Assembly (NCBI GenBank): GCA_020632665.1
Contig: JACKFC010000015.1
Location: forward strand, 21,734-85,733
From: Deltaproteobacteria bacterium
Lineage (GTDB): Bacteria; Myxococcota_A; UBA9042
DNA length: 64,000 nucleotides
Direction: 5' to 3'
Each line of letters begins with the position of its first letter. The stretch's first letter is position 1. The notes beneath the pieces were generated by a model that saw nothing but the letters and a program-made list of their open reading frames with translations, did not search any database and was not told the origin of the DNA. The position numbers were made by a program, and so were the translations under genes. Positions 31,595 to 43,598 of this stretch are shown one piece after another.

Positions 31595-31843
31595 ATGGCG
31601 ACCTGGAAATGCGAAGTGAAGATGAAGTTCGGTAAGTACTCGGCCCACGTCTGGAAGGCCACCGAGCGCGCGGGCGTGCCGGTCGCCGACGGTCTGGGCA
31701 GCAGCAAGGCTGCGGTGGAGCAGGTGCTCGAGGCGGTGCAGAAGGCCGGCTTCAGCGAGGGGGATGACGAGATCATCTTCCGCGATAGCGCCTACGGCTC
31801 GCTCTCCGAGCTCCGTCACGTGATGAGCCGCGCCCCGTACTAG
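31595..31843 (+). CDS. Small hypothetical protein (82 aa)
   Basis: GGAGG 7 nt upstream of the ATG at 31595. MATWKCEVKMKFGKYSAHVWK... Confidence 0.5.
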   Translation: MATWKCEVKMKFGKYSAHVWKATERAGVPVADGLGSSKAAVEQVLEAVQKAGFSEGDDEIIFRDSAYGSLSELRHVMSRAPY

Positions 31844-31912
31844 CAGTGGCGCGACCCGACGACGACGGGCGCCCGGGCGATGGTCCGGGTGCCCGTTTTC
31901 GTTTTGGCGGCG

Positions 31913-33181
31913 CTAGCGTCGGGTCCAGACCAGGACGTCTGCGCTCGCTCCGGCCTCTGCGCCGGGATCGAGCGGCGCCTGCCGAATCAGCACATCGGAG
32001 TCGGCCCAGCCGGCGAGATCGGCCGACCCGGCGGTGCGCACGGGTTCGACGCCGAGGCTCCCGTCGGCGGTCGCCACCCAGCGCCCGGGCAGGAAGGCCT
32101 CACGGGGGCCATTGCTGTGCAGCGGCGCGGTCAGCGGCACCGCGACGCTGCGCCAGCCGGCGCCTGCCTCGCCTTCGAGCCAGCACAACGCAGGCCGCAG
32201 GAAGAGGTGCGCCGCGACGACGCTGCTGACCGGGTTGCCGGGCAGGCCCAAGATCAGCGTCTCGCCGATGAAGGCGCAGAGCACCGGCTTGCCGGGGCGC
32301 ATCTTCACCCGATGGAAGACGACCTCGGCGCCGAGGCTGGCGAGCGCGCCGCCGACCAGGTCGTAGTCGCCCATCGAGACGCCGCCGGAGAGGACGACGA
32401 TATCGCAGAGCCCGGCGAGGTGGCGGACGGCGTCGGCGACCGCGTCCTTGCGGTCGACGGCCACTTCGCCGTGCATCACCTCTGCGCCCCATGCGTCGAG
32501 CAGCGCGGCGAGTGACCAGCGGTTCGAGTCGCGGACCTGACCGGGTGCGGGCTGCTGATCGACCCGGACGATCTCGTCGCCTGTGGGCAGCAGCCCGACG
32601 CGCGGCCGGCGAACGACCTCGGGACGGGCGACACCGAAACTGGCGAGAACCCCGAGCCGGGCGCCATCGACACGCTGACCCGCGGCGAGGACACGGGCGC
32701 CAGCCACGACCTCGCTGCCTTTGCGGGCGATGTGCTGCTCGGCGTGGACCGGGCCTTCGACGATCAGCGTCGCGCCGGCAAGGACGCCGCCGTCGATCTC
32801 GGCGGAGCGGGTCCGCTCGACCGGAACGACCGCGTCGGCCCCGGGGGGAACGACGCCGCCGGTCATCACCCGCACCGCCGTGCCGGCTTCGACCGCGGCG
32901 GCATAGGGTGCTCCGGCGGGCGACTCACCGACGACACGGAGGCGATTCTCTGCGGCGGCGCACTCGACGCTGCGGACCGCGACACCGTCCATCATGCTGC
33001 GGTCGAAGTCGGGCTGGTCCCGATCGGCGCGAACGTCGACGGCGAGGACGCGGCGGGCCGCGTCGGGCAGCGCCACGCGTTCGGTGGTGCGCAACGGTCG
33101 CAGCCGCTCGCGCAACAGGGCGAGGGCGTCGTCAACCGGCAGCAGGGGCGTGCGCGGCGTCGCCTTGGGTTCGGCGTGCAT
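31913..33181 (-). CDS. moeA: Molybdopterin molybdenumtransferase MoeA
   Basis: Overall MoeA/gephyrin-E pattern (LPVDDALALL..., SMMDGVAVR, VLSGGVSMGDYD, GLPGNPVSS). 422 aa. Confidence 0.9.
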   Translation of the reverse strand: MHAEPKATPRTPLLPVDDALALLRERLRPLRTTERVALPDAARRVLAVDVRADRDQPDFDRSMMDGVAVRSVECAAAENRLRVVGESPAGAPYAAAVEAGTAVRVMTGGVVPPGADAVVPVERTRSAEIDGGVLAGATLIVEGPVHAEQHIARKGSEVVAGARVLAAGQRVDGARLGVLASFGVARPEVVRRPRVGLLPTGDEIVRVDQQPAPGQVRDSNRWSLAALLDAWGAEVMHGEVAVDRKDAVADAVRHLAGLCDIVVLSGGVSMGDYDLVGGALASLGAEVVFHRVKMRPGKPVLCAFIGETLILGLPGNPVSSVVAAHLFLRPALCWLEGEAGAGWRSVAVPLTAPLHSNGPREAFLPGRWVATADGSLGVEPVRTAGSADLAGWADSDVLIRQAPLDPGAEAGASADVLVWTRR

Positions 33182-33202
33182 CGGGATCCCCGCTCGGTCA
33201 GG

Positions 33203-34426
33203 CTATTTGTCGGTGAAGCAGTTCTGCGACTGGTTGCCGCAGAACTGGCCCTTGATGACGGGCAGGCAGGTGGCCTGGTCGTAGGGGAACGCACAGCCCG
33301 CGATCTCGGCTTCCTTGGTGTCCATATTCTTCGCGACGCAGCCCTCGTATTGCAGGAAGGCGTCCTTGCTGCCGGCCTTGCCCTTGTCGAGGCAGGTCTT
33401 GATGCAGCTGTAGGCGCCGCCGACGCCTTCGCAATTCTGCGAGACGCAGTTGTCGATCTCCTGACAGGTCGTGCTGCCACCGGCGCCGAAGCACGCGGTG
33501 AGCTCGGCGCTGCACTTCTCCGACCAGCACGCGACGGGGTTGATCGCCTTGACGCATTGCTCACGGCAGGTGGCCAGGTCGGCCGAGGCCTTGCGCGCGG
33601 CCGAGGTCGCCATCGCGTCGCAGTGCGAGGCGCAGGTATTGGGCTTATTCGGCAGCGACTCCGGGCAGTGCGCGGTGCAGTAGCTGCTGCCGACGCAAGT
33701 GAAGGCTTCGCCGTCGGTGCAGGTGTCGAGCGCTGTGCCGCACTTCTCGGCGATGCAGGCGGCGCGGGCAACCGTGCCCATCTTGGCGTCACAGCTGGCG
33801 TCGGCGCAGATGCGCAGCGCCTTGGCCGGAGCGAGCGCGCCCTTGTCCGCGGCGACGTAGCAGCCGAGCTTGCAGACGGCGTCGCCGTTGTCGCAGGCGC
33901 CGACGCAGGTGAACGTTGTCATGCAGGTCGCATCACCGGCGCCGAACGCGGCGCAGGCGTCGATCTTGTCGAAGCACTCGGCGAAGTCGCAGTTCAGCTC
34001 GGCGACCGCGCCCTCGGTGACGGCGCCGCAGAGGTCGACGTGGCAAGCGCCAATCGCGCCGAGCTTGGGCACGTCGGCCGAGTCCAGGCCCTTGGCGCAG
34101 GCGTCCTGGCAGGCCTTGTCGCCGTCGGGGCAACCCATGCCGCAGAAGAGCGCCTCGCCGCAGGTCGGCGCCGGCGCGGCGGTATCCTTGCTGCCGCCGG
34201 TGTCGTTGGTGCCGCCGGTATCCTTGCTGCCAGCGGTGTCCTTGCTGCCGGCGTCCTTGCTGCCGCCGGTGTCGGCGCCGGCGTCGGTCAAAGCGTCGGT
34301 CACTCCGGTGGCGTCGGTCGCCGCGGCATCCGATTCGCTCTTGCTCTCCTCACCGCCACAGGCCGGCAGGGCGAAGGTGAGAGCCGCGATCAGCAGCCAA
34401 GCTTTCGGGGACGTGGGCAGACGCAT
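33203..34426 (-). CDS. Cys-rich secreted lipoprotein (407 aa)
   Basis: Lipobox LTFALPAC. A Ser/Lys/Asp/Thr linker followed by more than 40 Cys in repeated C-x-C contexts. Confidence 0.8.
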   Translation of the reverse strand: MRLPTSPKAWLLIAALTFALPACGGEESKSESDAAATDATGVTDALTDAGADTGGSKDAGSKDTAGSKDTGGTNDTGGSKDTAAPAPTCGEALFCGMGCPDGDKACQDACAKGLDSADVPKLGAIGACHVDLCGAVTEGAVAELNCDFAECFDKIDACAAFGAGDATCMTTFTCVGACDNGDAVCKLGCYVAADKGALAPAKALRICADASCDAKMGTVARAACIAEKCGTALDTCTDGEAFTCVGSSYCTAHCPESLPNKPNTCASHCDAMATSAARKASADLATCREQCVKAINPVACWSEKCSAELTACFGAGGSTTCQEIDNCVSQNCEGVGGAYSCIKTCLDKGKAGSKDAFLQYEGCVAKNMDTKEAEIAGCAFPYDQATCLPVIKGQFCGNQSQNCFTDK

Positions 34427-34596
34427 GGAAACCTCCGACGGCCGCGCTCTCGCAGCGCGGGGGGCGTGAGGCTAGAGAGATCGCCCGATGTGTCAAGGTC
34501 TGCAAAGGCTGCAAACACGCCACAATTGCAGACGCCGCCGGCGTGGGAGAGCCCCGCGCCGGCGGCGTCGACAGCGGTCGAAACCGCCGCAGTCTG

Positions 34597-35019
34597 CTAG
34601 ACGAGTTCGAAGGCGGCGCTGAAGAAGAACGCCACTTCGCGCGCGGCCGAAGCCGGGCTGTCCGAGCCGTGGACCGTATTCTTGCCCTTGGACTCGGCGT
34701 AGAGCTTGCGGATGGTGCCCTCGTCGGCCTGCGCCGGATCGGTGGCGCCCATCAGCTTGCGGTTCTGCGCGATGGCGTCCTCGCCCTCGAGGACCATGAG
34801 CATCACGGCGCCCGAGGTCATGTACTCGACGAGCTCACCGTAGAACGGGCGCTCCTTGTGCTCGGCGTAGAACGCACCGGCCTGGCCGGCGGTGAGGTGG
34901 ACCAGCTTGGCCGCGGCGATGCGCAGGCCGGCGCCCTCGAAGATCGAGATGACGTGGCCGATGTGACCGTTCTGGACGCCGTCCGGCTTGATGATGGAGA
35001 GGGTCTGCTCGATGGCCAT
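34597..35019 (-). CDS. ndk: Nucleoside diphosphate kinase
   Basis: [15 protein letters not shown]...[11 protein letters not shown] at 35019 with GGAG upstream. The track's upstream extension is rejected. Confidence 0.95.
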   Translation of the reverse strand: MAIEQTLSIIKPDGVQNGHIGHVISIFEGAGLRIAAAKLVHLTAGQAGAFYAEHKERPFYGELVEYMTSGAVMLMVLEGEDAIAQNRKLMGATDPAQADEGTIRKLYAESKGKNTVHGSDSPASAAREVAFFFSAAFELV

Positions 35020-35125
35020 GGGAAGCTCCGATTGCTGCGCGCGGCGCAGCGGAAGAGGTCGAGAATCGAGTGTCGAGGGTGGTCGTGCGGTGCGTGGCGG
35101 ATTGTGCCGTGCGCCGTCATCGGCC

Positions 35126-36019
<894 letters not shown>

Positions 36020-36060
36020 GGTGCCTCCCTGGTTCCGGGACTGGGTGTCGTGTTGCGGTG

Positions 36061-37239
36061 CTACAGGCTCGCGGCGTAGGCGCGCGCGGCGGCGACGGCC
36101 TTCTCGGCGCCGTCCTTCATATCGTCGGCGGCGGTGATGGCGAGGCCGGACTCGGCGAGCATCTTGCGGCCGAGCTCGACGTTGGTGCCCTCGAGGCGGA
36201 CGACCAGCGGACGGTCGATGCCGACCTGCTTGGCGGCCTCGATGATGCCCGCGGCGATCGTGTCGCACTTCATGATGCCGCCGAAGATATTGACGAAGAT
36301 CGCGTGCACGCGGGCGTCGCCGAGGATGATGCGGAAGGCTGCCGTCACCCGCTCGGCGGTGGCGGAACCGCCGACGTCGAGGAAGTTGGCCGGCTCGGCG
36401 CCGTAGTGCTTCAGGATGTCCATCGTGGCCATGGCGAGGCCGGCGCCGTTGACCAGGCAGCCGACGTTGCCGTCGAGGTGGACGTAGTTCAGGTCCCAGC
36501 GGCTGGCCTCGACCTCGCGCGGGTCCTCTTCGTCGAGGTCGCGGAATGCTTCGATCTCCTTCTGCCGGTCGAGCGCGTTGTCGTCGAAGGTGATCTTGCC
36601 GTCGAGCGCGATGAGGTCACCGCTGCCGGTCACGACCAGCGGGTTGATCTCGACCAGGCTGCAATCCTTCGCCATGTAGAGCGCGTAGAGCGCGTGGAAG
36701 AATTTGCCGGCCTGGCGGACGGTCTTGCCGGTGAGGCCGAGCGCGAAGGCGACCTTGCGGCATTGGAAGTCCTGCAGGCCGACCTTCGGATCGACCCAGA
36801 CCTTGACGATCTTCTCGGGGGTGTCGCGGGCGACGTCCTCGATGTTCATGCCGCCTTCGGTCGAGGCCATCAGCACGATCTGGCCGCTATCGCGGTCGAG
36901 CAACATGCCGAGGTAGAGCTCGCGGGCGATGTCGGCGCCGCCCTCGATATAGAGGCGACGGACCGTCTGGCCTTCCGGGCCGGTCTGGTGCGTGACCAGC
37001 TGCATGCCCATGATCTGCTGGGCGCGCTGCTGCACTTCCTCGAGGGTCTTGCAGACCTTGACGCCGCCACCGAGGCCGCGACCACCGGCGTGGATCTGCG
37101 CCTTGACGACACGGATCGGGCCGGGGAGGCGCTTGGCGGCCTCGACTGCCTCGGCGACCGAGAAGGCCGGGTAGCCTTCGGGCGTCGGCACGCCGAACTC
37201 GCGGAATAGTTGCTTGGCCTGGTACTCGTGAATCTTCAT
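36061..37239 (-). CDS. sucC: Succinyl-CoA ligase subunit beta
   Basis: [18 protein letters not shown]..., [25 protein letters not shown] at 37239. Confidence 0.95.
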   Translation of the reverse strand: MKIHEYQAKQLFREFGVPTPEGYPAFSVAEAVEAAKRLPGPIRVVKAQIHAGGRGLGGGVKVCKTLEEVQQRAQQIMGMQLVTHQTGPEGQTVRRLYIEGGADIARELYLGMLLDRDSGQIVLMASTEGGMNIEDVARDTPEKIVKVWVDPKVGLQDFQCRKVAFALGLTGKTVRQAGKFFHALYALYMAKDCSLVEINPLVVTGSGDLIALDGKITFDDNALDRQKEIEAFRDLDEEDPREVEASRWDLNYVHLDGNVGCLVNGAGLAMATMDILKHYGAEPANFLDVGGSATAERVTAAFRIILGDARVHAIFVNIFGGIMKCDTIAAGIIEAAKQVGIDRPLVVRLEGTNVELGRKMLAESGLAITAADDMKDGAEKAVAAARAYAASL

Positions 37240-37354
37240 GCCATCCTCTCCGCGGCGCCGAATCCCGATCGGCGTCGAGCCGGCGGCGACGTACCACGCG
37301 CCCCCGCGCGAGGCAACCGAGAGGCGGTCGACTGCGCCGCCGTGACGAGGGTCG

Positions 37355-38368
37355 ATGGCGGCGTGGCTGCAGGCGATGGTGGCGAAGTTGCGGGAGGTGG
37401 CGGAACGCCGTGCGCCCGTGCTCTCGGCAGCGGTGGCGCGGGCGCTCGAGGTCGAACTCTTCGATCGTGCCGCGGCGCTGGCGCTCTTCACGATGCTCGC
37501 CGCGGTTCCCGGGCTGCTCGGCGCGCTCTCGGTCGCCGGCTTGGTCTTCTCGCGCGTCGGCGAGGTGGCCGAACTCGCCGGATGGGCGGCGCCAGACGAC
37601 GCCGCGGCGCGGGCACAGCTGCTGCGGGTGATCCGCGAGGCCCTGCCGGGCGTGACCTGGGACCCCGCCTCGCTGGCGGACGCGCTGGCGGAGCACCGCA
37701 CCGCCAACGGCGTGATCGGCACGATCGGCACGCTGATCGTCGGCGCGAACCTGATGGCCCGGCTCGACGCGGCGGTGCGCGCCGTCCTCGGCCGGCAACG
37801 ACGATCGTTCTGGCAGGCGGCCGGCGCGCTCTCGATCGCCTTCGTCGCCGGGGCGCTGATCGCGCTGCTGCTGACCTTCTTGATGCCGCTGCTGGAGTGG
37901 GGCCTGCGGGTGGCGACGGGCGGGCTGGAGGCGCTCGCGTTCGGCTGGATCGACGCCGTCTCGCTCGCGGTCGCCGCTGGCCAATTGCTGCCGATCGCGG
38001 TCGGATTCGCGGTGCTGGTGCGCTGGTCGGCGGGGCGCCGGCGCCTGGGCCGTCGGCGGCTCTGGGGCGTGGCCATGGTCTTCGGCGCGCTGTGGTTCCT
38101 CGGCCAGCGCGCGTTCTCGATCTACGTGCAAGAGATCGCGTTGATGAGCGCCATCTACGGCGCGCTGACCGGCGTCGTCGCGTTGATGCTCTGGCTCTAC
38201 TACGCCACCAGCGCCCTGTTGATGGCCGTCGCCGTGCTCGACGCCTGGGAGCGGCATGCACGCAAACGCGGGGACGTTGCCGGGTTCCGGACCCGCCGCT
38301 ACCCTGCCGCCGCCCGCCGCCGACGTCGCCACCGCGACGTGACCGAGCGGCAAGGGAGGCAGCCTTGA
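37355..38368 (+). CDS. YihY/BrkB-family membrane protein
   Basis: Multi-TM with the typical layout ([13 protein letters not shown]..., [18 protein letters not shown]). Confidence 0.75.
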   Translation: MAAWLQAMVAKLREVAERRAPVLSAAVARALEVELFDRAAALALFTMLAAVPGLLGALSVAGLVFSRVGEVAELAGWAAPDDAAARAQLLRVIREALPGVTWDPASLADALAEHRTANGVIGTIGTLIVGANLMARLDAAVRAVLGRQRRSFWQAAGALSIAFVAGALIALLLTFLMPLLEWGLRVATGGLEALAFGWIDAVSLAVAAGQLLPIAVGFAVLVRWSAGRRRLGRRRLWGVAMVFGALWFLGQRAFSIYVQEIALMSAIYGALTGVVALMLWLYYATSALLMAVAVLDAWERHARKRGDVAGFRTRRYPAAARRRRRHRDVTERQGRQP

Positions 38369-38934
38369 GCGAGACGGCCCGAGCAACCACCGAGGAGAGC
38401 GGCAGCCAGCCGTGGCACGACGACGCATCGGGTCGCGACCGCTGGGGCATCCTGCTCGACAAACAATACTTCAACTTCGGTTCGGCCCACTTCCTGATCT
38501 TCGCCGACGGCACGCGGGAAGAGCTGCACGGCCACAACTACCGCGCGACGCTCGAGCTCGACGCCGACCTCGACGAGGCGTGGCTGGTCGCCGATTTCTT
38601 GGTCGTCAAGCCGATCTTTCGCCGGGTCTGCGACAGCCTCGACCACCGCACGCTGCTGCCGCTGCACAACCCCCACCTGCGGGTCGAGGTCGGCGAGCGC
38701 GAGGTCGTGGCTTGGTACGGCGAGGGCGATCGCTACGTCGTGCCGCTGCGCGACTGCAAGCTGCTCGAGATCGAGAATACCTCGAGTGAGCTGCTCGCCC
38801 GCTGGATCGCCCGGCAATTCCTCGCTGGCTTGCGGGAGGCGCTGCCGGCACTGCCGCTGCGCCGCATCGCCGTCTCGGTGCAGGAGTCCCCGGGCCAGAA
38901 CGCGCGCTACGAGCGCAGCTGGGACGCTCGTTGA
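38365..38934 (+). CDS. 6-pyruvoyl-tetrahydropterin synthase / QueD-like protein
   Basis: TTG at 38365 with GGGAGG upstream, overlapping the previous stop. FNFGSAHFL...ELHGHNYRATLEL...DFLVVKP...LDHRTLLP. Confidence 0.7.
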   Translation: MSETARATTEESGSQPWHDDASGRDRWGILLDKQYFNFGSAHFLIFADGTREELHGHNYRATLELDADLDEAWLVADFLVVKPIFRRVCDSLDHRTLLPLHNPHLRVEVGEREVVAWYGEGDRYVVPLRDCKLLEIENTSSELLARWIARQFLAGLREALPALPLRRIAVSVQESPGQNARYERSWDAR

Positions 38935-40871
38935 GCCCAGCCACCCGCAACGCCGCCTGGTGGATCGGCGGCCTCGGCGCCGCCCTGCTGGGGGCGTTCG
39001 CCGCGCCCGTTCCTGGCTTTCTCGACGCCGGCGAGTTCATCGCCGCGGCGCGCGAATTGGGCGTCATCCATCCGCCCGGCCATTCGGCCTGGCTCTCGCT
39101 GGCCGGCCTCGCCGAGTTGCTGCCCTTCGGCCCCGTCTCGGCGCGCGTGGCGTGGCTGAGCGCTGCCTTCGCCGGCGTCGCTGCGGCGCTCTTGGTGCGC
39201 CTCGCCGGGCGCATCTTCTCTGCCCGCGAGCCGGACGCGCTCTCGGTCACCTTCGGCGCGGTCGCCACGGGCCTGACCCTGCTCGCCAGCGGCTCGCTGT
39301 GGCTGGTCGCGACGCGCGCCGAGGTCTACACGCTGGCGCTGCTGACCAACCTCTGGGCGCTCGATGCGGCGCTGCGGGCCGGCGACGAAGCCGAGACCGG
39401 AGACGCCGGCGCGGCCCCGCGTGCCGCTGTGGAGGTCGCCATCGCCGTGGCGTTGGGCCTGCTGAACCACCACTACGTCACGCTCTTCGCCTTGCCCGCC
39501 GTGCTCGCCGCAGGATGGCCGGCGCTGCTAGGCCCGGTCGGCAGGCCGCGGACGCTCGCGGTGCTGATCGGCGCCGCCGTCTTCCTCGGCCTCGGCTACC
39601 TCGCCCTGCCCTTGCGCGCGGCGTCGGAGACGGGCGTCCGCTGGGGCGACCCGCTCAGCCTGCAGGGGTTGTGGGACCACCTGACGGCGGCGCATTTCCA
39701 GCGCTCGGTCACCGAGACCGGCAGCGGCGGCGGGATGGCCACGCTCGACAGCGCGGGCTTGTTGCTCTTCGGCCTGGTTCGCGAGCTCGGCGTGCCGCTC
39801 GGCACGATCGGGCTGGCCGGCGTGGTGTTGCTCGGGCTGCGGCCGAACCGGCGCGCGTTCACCGTGTGGCTGGCGCTGATCGGCGGGCTCCTCGGCAAGG
39901 CGCTGATGCAGGTCGACCTGCGCAACCCCGATGACCACGGCTACGCGCTGCTCGCGGTCGCGGCGATCGCGCTGGGTGCCGGCTCATTGACCACGACGGT
40001 GGCCGCGGCCCTGCGACGGGCCCACCCGCGCAACGGCTTCCTCGCGGTGGCGACGATGGCGCTGCTCGTCATCGGCAACGTCGCGACCTTGGTCGCCTCG
40101 CCCGACCACGCGCCGTGGCAGCAGCGCGCGCCCGACCGCCTCGACGACGCCTTGCGCGAGCCCACGATGCCCGGCGGGCTGCTGCTCTCGACCTACTACG
40201 CGACGCACTTCGGTGAGTTGGCCTTCCGCGCCGCGGAGGGCCGGCGCCCCGACCTCTGCGCCACCCACCTCTCGCTGCGCAGCGGCGACACCGACGGCGG
40301 CCGCGGCTATGCCCGCTACTTCGTGCAGCGCTATCCCGAGTACGCCGCCTTGGCCAAGGGCGCGGTCGCCAACGGGCGGGCGCCGATCGGCAACGTCCTG
40401 CAGGGCGCCGAGCAGCATCGCGTGGTCGCCGAGCTCGACCCGGACAACCAGATCCCACCGGCGTTCTACGACGTCGGGCCGGTCGGCCATCGGCTGCTCT
40501 CGGATCGCGAGCGACGGCTGGACTACGTCCCCGGCCACCTGCGCGAGAAGGCGAACCGCGGCTGGGAGGCGCTCTACGGCGTGATCGGCAGCGTCGATCG
40601 GCTCGACCACCCGACCCGCGCCTACCTGCTCTGGCAGCATACGTTGGAGACGGCGCACGCGCTGCGTCGCGGCTGGATCGGCCCGGCCGAGGACGCCCTC
40701 GCCCGGGCCAAGGCGATCGCGCCCGCCGACGCAAGCCTCGGCATCCTCGAAGCGCGGCTGGCGAAGCTGCGGGACGCCTGGAAGCGGGGTGACGCGCGGG
40801 CCTACGCAGACCTCTGGCGCGGCTGGGCGAAGCTGGATCTCAGCGCGATGTTGCGTCCGCCGGCACCGTAG
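38931..40871 (+). CDS. DUF2723-like polytopic membrane protein (PMT/glycosyltransferase-39-like fold) with a C-terminal helical repeat domain
   Basis: N-terminal FLDAGEFIAAARELGVIHPPGHSAWL motif. At least 9 hydrophobic helices. Confidence 0.7.
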   Translation: MSPATRNAAWWIGGLGAALLGAFAAPVPGFLDAGEFIAAARELGVIHPPGHSAWLSLAGLAELLPFGPVSARVAWLSAAFAGVAAALLVRLAGRIFSAREPDALSVTFGAVATGLTLLASGSLWLVATRAEVYTLALLTNLWALDAALRAGDEAETGDAGAAPRAAVEVAIAVALGLLNHHYVTLFALPAVLAAGWPALLGPVGRPRTLAVLIGAAVFLGLGYLALPLRAASETGVRWGDPLSLQGLWDHLTAAHFQRSVTETGSGGGMATLDSAGLLLFGLVRELGVPLGTIGLAGVVLLGLRPNRRAFTVWLALIGGLLGKALMQVDLRNPDDHGYALLAVAAIALGAGSLTTTVAAALRRAHPRNGFLAVATMALLVIGNVATLVASPDHAPWQQRAPDRLDDALREPTMPGGLLLSTYYATHFGELAFRAAEGRRPDLCATHLSLRSGDTDGGRGYARYFVQRYPEYAALAKGAVANGRAPIGNVLQGAEQHRVVAELDPDNQIPPAFYDVGPVGHRLLSDRERRLDYVPGHLREKANRGWEALYGVIGSVDRLDHPTRAYLLWQHTLETAHALRRGWIGPAEDALARAKAIAPADASLGILEARLAKLRDAWKRGDARAYADLWRGWAKLDLSAMLRPPAP

Positions 40872-42219
40872 CGCCGTGGCGCACGACCCAGCCGCGGCTG
40901 ACTTCGCCGCGGAAGGGCGCGTCGATCACGTCGAAGGCGCGGCCCGGCGGCTCGATCTCGACGAAGAAGGGCACCGCCCGCGAGAGGGCGTTGAGCGCCG
41001 GATCGCCGCCCTCGGGGGCCGGCTCGTCGGGGTCGCCGGCGGCGTCGGGGTCGGTCTCCGAGAGCGCCAGCAGCGAGAGTCGATAGGCCGACTCCGCCCA
41101 TGACCGGCCGGGGACGATCTCGCTGAGGCGGAAGGTGCCACCGCCTTCGGCGAGCGCCCCCATATCGGCGACGAAGGCGTCGAGCGCGGTGAACTCGGGG
41201 AGCTCGGGCTCGCCGGGGAGCGCGTCTTCCGGCGCGCCGTCGGTCCAGCCGTAGAGGCTCGGTCCCTCTTCCCGCTCGGGCGCGTGGACGAGCTCGTATT
41301 CGGCTTCGCTGAGCAGGTTGTCGACGATGCCGAAGATGGGCGAGAGCGGCACGGCGACCAGCTCGCCACCGAAATCCGCCAGCATGTCGACGTCGCAGCG
41401 CATCAGGAATTGCGTCATGTCGACGATCGAGAGGCCCGATTCGCCGAGCGCGACGCGCTTGTCGGCGAGGTCGCCGAGCGCCCGATACAGCGCCGCGTGC
41501 CAGCGATGCAGCTCCGAGAGCTGCTGGCCGACCTGCTGCGCGACGCGGTAGGCCTCGGTCTCGGAGAGGTCGATCTCCTCGATGGCGACGCGGGCGCGGC
41601 GGGCCCAAGCGAGGTTGCGGTCGATGCGCTCGCGGGTCTCGAGGATGCGGACCTCGGAGTGGCTCTCGAGCGCCGACTCAGCTTCGAGCGCGATGCGGCA
41701 GAGGTTGTGCCGCAGGTGGCGCAACGCCGGCGTCGCCTCGGTGCCGAGATCGCGGGAGAGCTGCACGTTGAGCACGCCGAGCGCGAGGTCGCCCTGGTCG
41801 GCGCGGACGTCGAGGACCCGGCGGATGATCGGGAAGAGCGCCTCGCCCCGCTCGGTGAGCCGGTGGTCGCGGACCTCGAGCTCGAGCCAGCCGGAGCGGC
41901 GCAGGTTGCGCAGCACCATCGAGAGGGCCTCGGGCGCCAGCCAGACGAAGTGGCGCAGCAGCGCGTCCGGCTCCCAGACGGCGCGATCGGATTCGGCGAT
42001 CTCGGCGAGGACCGCCATCCGCACGACGAAGTCGGCCTCACCGAGGCGGAAGAGCTCGCGCAGCATCGTGAAGAAGTCGAGGCCGCCGGCCGCGGTCTCG
42101 AGCGCCGGGATGTCGCCGGCCGCAAAGCGCGACGAGAGCAACGATTCCAGGGCCCGGGTCGGGCGCTCTTGGACCTCGTCGGTCTCGGGCAGCAATAGGG
42201 CGTGGGCGCTCTGGCTCAT
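40840..42219 (-). CDS. Hypothetical protein with a winged-helix segment, a coiled-coil middle and an acidic C-terminus (459 aa)
   Basis: ATG at 42219 (MSQSAHALL...). wHTH-like LSMVLRNLRRSGWLELEVRDHRLTERGEALF. The track extension to 43026 is rejected. Confidence 0.6.
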   Translation of the reverse strand: MSQSAHALLLPETDEVQERPTRALESLLSSRFAAGDIPALETAAGGLDFFTMLRELFRLGEADFVVRMAVLAEIAESDRAVWEPDALLRHFVWLAPEALSMVLRNLRRSGWLELEVRDHRLTERGEALFPIIRRVLDVRADQGDLALGVLNVQLSRDLGTEATPALRHLRHNLCRIALEAESALESHSEVRILETRERIDRNLAWARRARVAIEEIDLSETEAYRVAQQVGQQLSELHRWHAALYRALGDLADKRVALGESGLSIVDMTQFLMRCDVDMLADFGGELVAVPLSPIFGIVDNLLSEAEYELVHAPEREEGPSLYGWTDGAPEDALPGEPELPEFTALDAFVADMGALAEGGGTFRLSEIVPGRSWAESAYRLSLLALSETDPDAAGDPDEPAPEGGDPALNALSRAVPFFVEIEPPGRAFDVIDAPFRGEVSRGWVVRHGATVPADATSR

Positions 42220-42269
42220 GCGCGGCTGGGTAGCACGAAGGCGAGGACGGGGGAAGGCCGATCGCGCGT

Positions 42270-43451
42270 CTACGGCGTGCGCTGCGACCAGGTGATCCGC
42301 GGCAAGGTCGGGGGCGTCGCGAGCCACGCGCTGGCGGTCGCGTCTTGCTGCAGATGGCTGCGGAAGAAGGCCGCCAGCCACGGCGCGAGCGCGAGCTGGA
42401 CCTCGGCCGGAGGCGGATAGACGAACGCGCTGCCGTCCTTCATCCGCTTGCCGGCGCCGCAGCCGGGCGCGAAGGCGTCGGTCATCCCGGCGATATCGCT
42501 GACCGACCAATGCCCGGCGTCGGCGACCTCGAGCAGCCACGCCGGCGCCGTCGCCGCCTCGTAGTTCGACCGCAGAAAATCGTCGCCGATGGTGCCGATC
42601 GAGTTGTCCTCGGCCAGCAGGACGTAGAGCTGCGGCTGCTTCAGCTTCGGCACGTCGACCCCGGGCAGCAGCGGGTTCTGCATCGGCGCGCCGAGGGCCG
42701 CGACGGCACGGATGCGCGGCTCGATCGTGGCCAGCCGCCCGACGGTCACCGCGCCGAAGCTGTGGCCGATCGCGCCGACCCTTTCGGGATCGATCGCGGC
42801 GGTGACGGCGGCGGGGAAGGCCGCGTCGCCGGCGAGCAGGCGGTCGACGACGAAGGCGACGTCCTGCTCGCGGGTGAGCAGCGTCTTCGGCCCGAGCGGC
42901 AGCGGATTGCCGGCGATCGTGTCGAAGACGGTATTGCCGACGTGGTCGACCGCGGCCACGACGAAGCCCTGCGCGGCGAGGTGCTCGGCGAGGCTGAACG
43001 CCCACCAGCGGACGCAGCCGTGGCAATGCGAGAGCACCAGCAGCGGCAACCCGGTGGCGACCAGCTCACCTTGGGCCAGCGCCCGCGTCCCCCACGAGGT
43101 CGTGCAGGTCGGGGCCTCGGCCAGCAGCGTCGCGAGGGCTGGTCCGTTGTCTCCGGGCTCGAACGCGCTGACCGGATCGGGGGTCGAACCGGGGACCTGG
43201 GCGATCGGCAGCCAGAGCTCGACCGGCAGTGAGCGGCTGCGCGCGGCGTCTTCGATCACGACCCGGCGGTGCGCGACGGCATGGGGGCCGAAGGTCGCGG
43301 GGTCTCCGGCAATGGGGACCGTCCCTGAATCCATGGCGTCGGCGGCGTCGGCGGCGGAGGACGACGAACCCGAGCCGTCGCCGCCGCATCCGACGAGCGG
43401 CAGGAGCAGGCCGAAGGCGAGGAAGAACGTGCGGCCGAGAGAAGACGACAT
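42270..43451 (-). CDS. Alpha/beta-hydrolase lipoprotein (PAF-acetylhydrolase / dienelactone-hydrolase-like)
   Basis: Lipobox LLLPLVGC. Nucleophile elbow GHSFG. Confidence 0.7.
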   Translation of the reverse strand: MSSSLGRTFFLAFGLLLPLVGCGGDGSGSSSSAADAADAMDSGTVPIAGDPATFGPHAVAHRRVVIEDAARSRSLPVELWLPIAQVPGSTPDPVSAFEPGDNGPALATLLAEAPTCTTSWGTRALAQGELVATGLPLLVLSHCHGCVRWWAFSLAEHLAAQGFVVAAVDHVGNTVFDTIAGNPLPLGPKTLLTREQDVAFVVDRLLAGDAAFPAAVTAAIDPERVGAIGHSFGAVTVGRLATIEPRIRAVAALGAPMQNPLLPGVDVPKLKQPQLYVLLAEDNSIGTIGDDFLRSNYEAATAPAWLLEVADAGHWSVSDIAGMTDAFAPGCGAGKRMKDGSAFVYPPPAEVQLALAPWLAAFFRSHLQQDATASAWLATPPTLPRITWSQRTP

Positions 43452-43598
43452 GGAGGCTCCGCTTCGCGCCGCGCACGTGTGGCGGCGACTGCTGCGGCCG
43501 GACGGTGGCAAGCCGAGATCCGAGGGTCAAGCGCGCCGCCAGCGTTGGCAGCCGGGCGACGGGCGGGCATGATCGGCGGCGCGAACGAAGGGGTAGCG

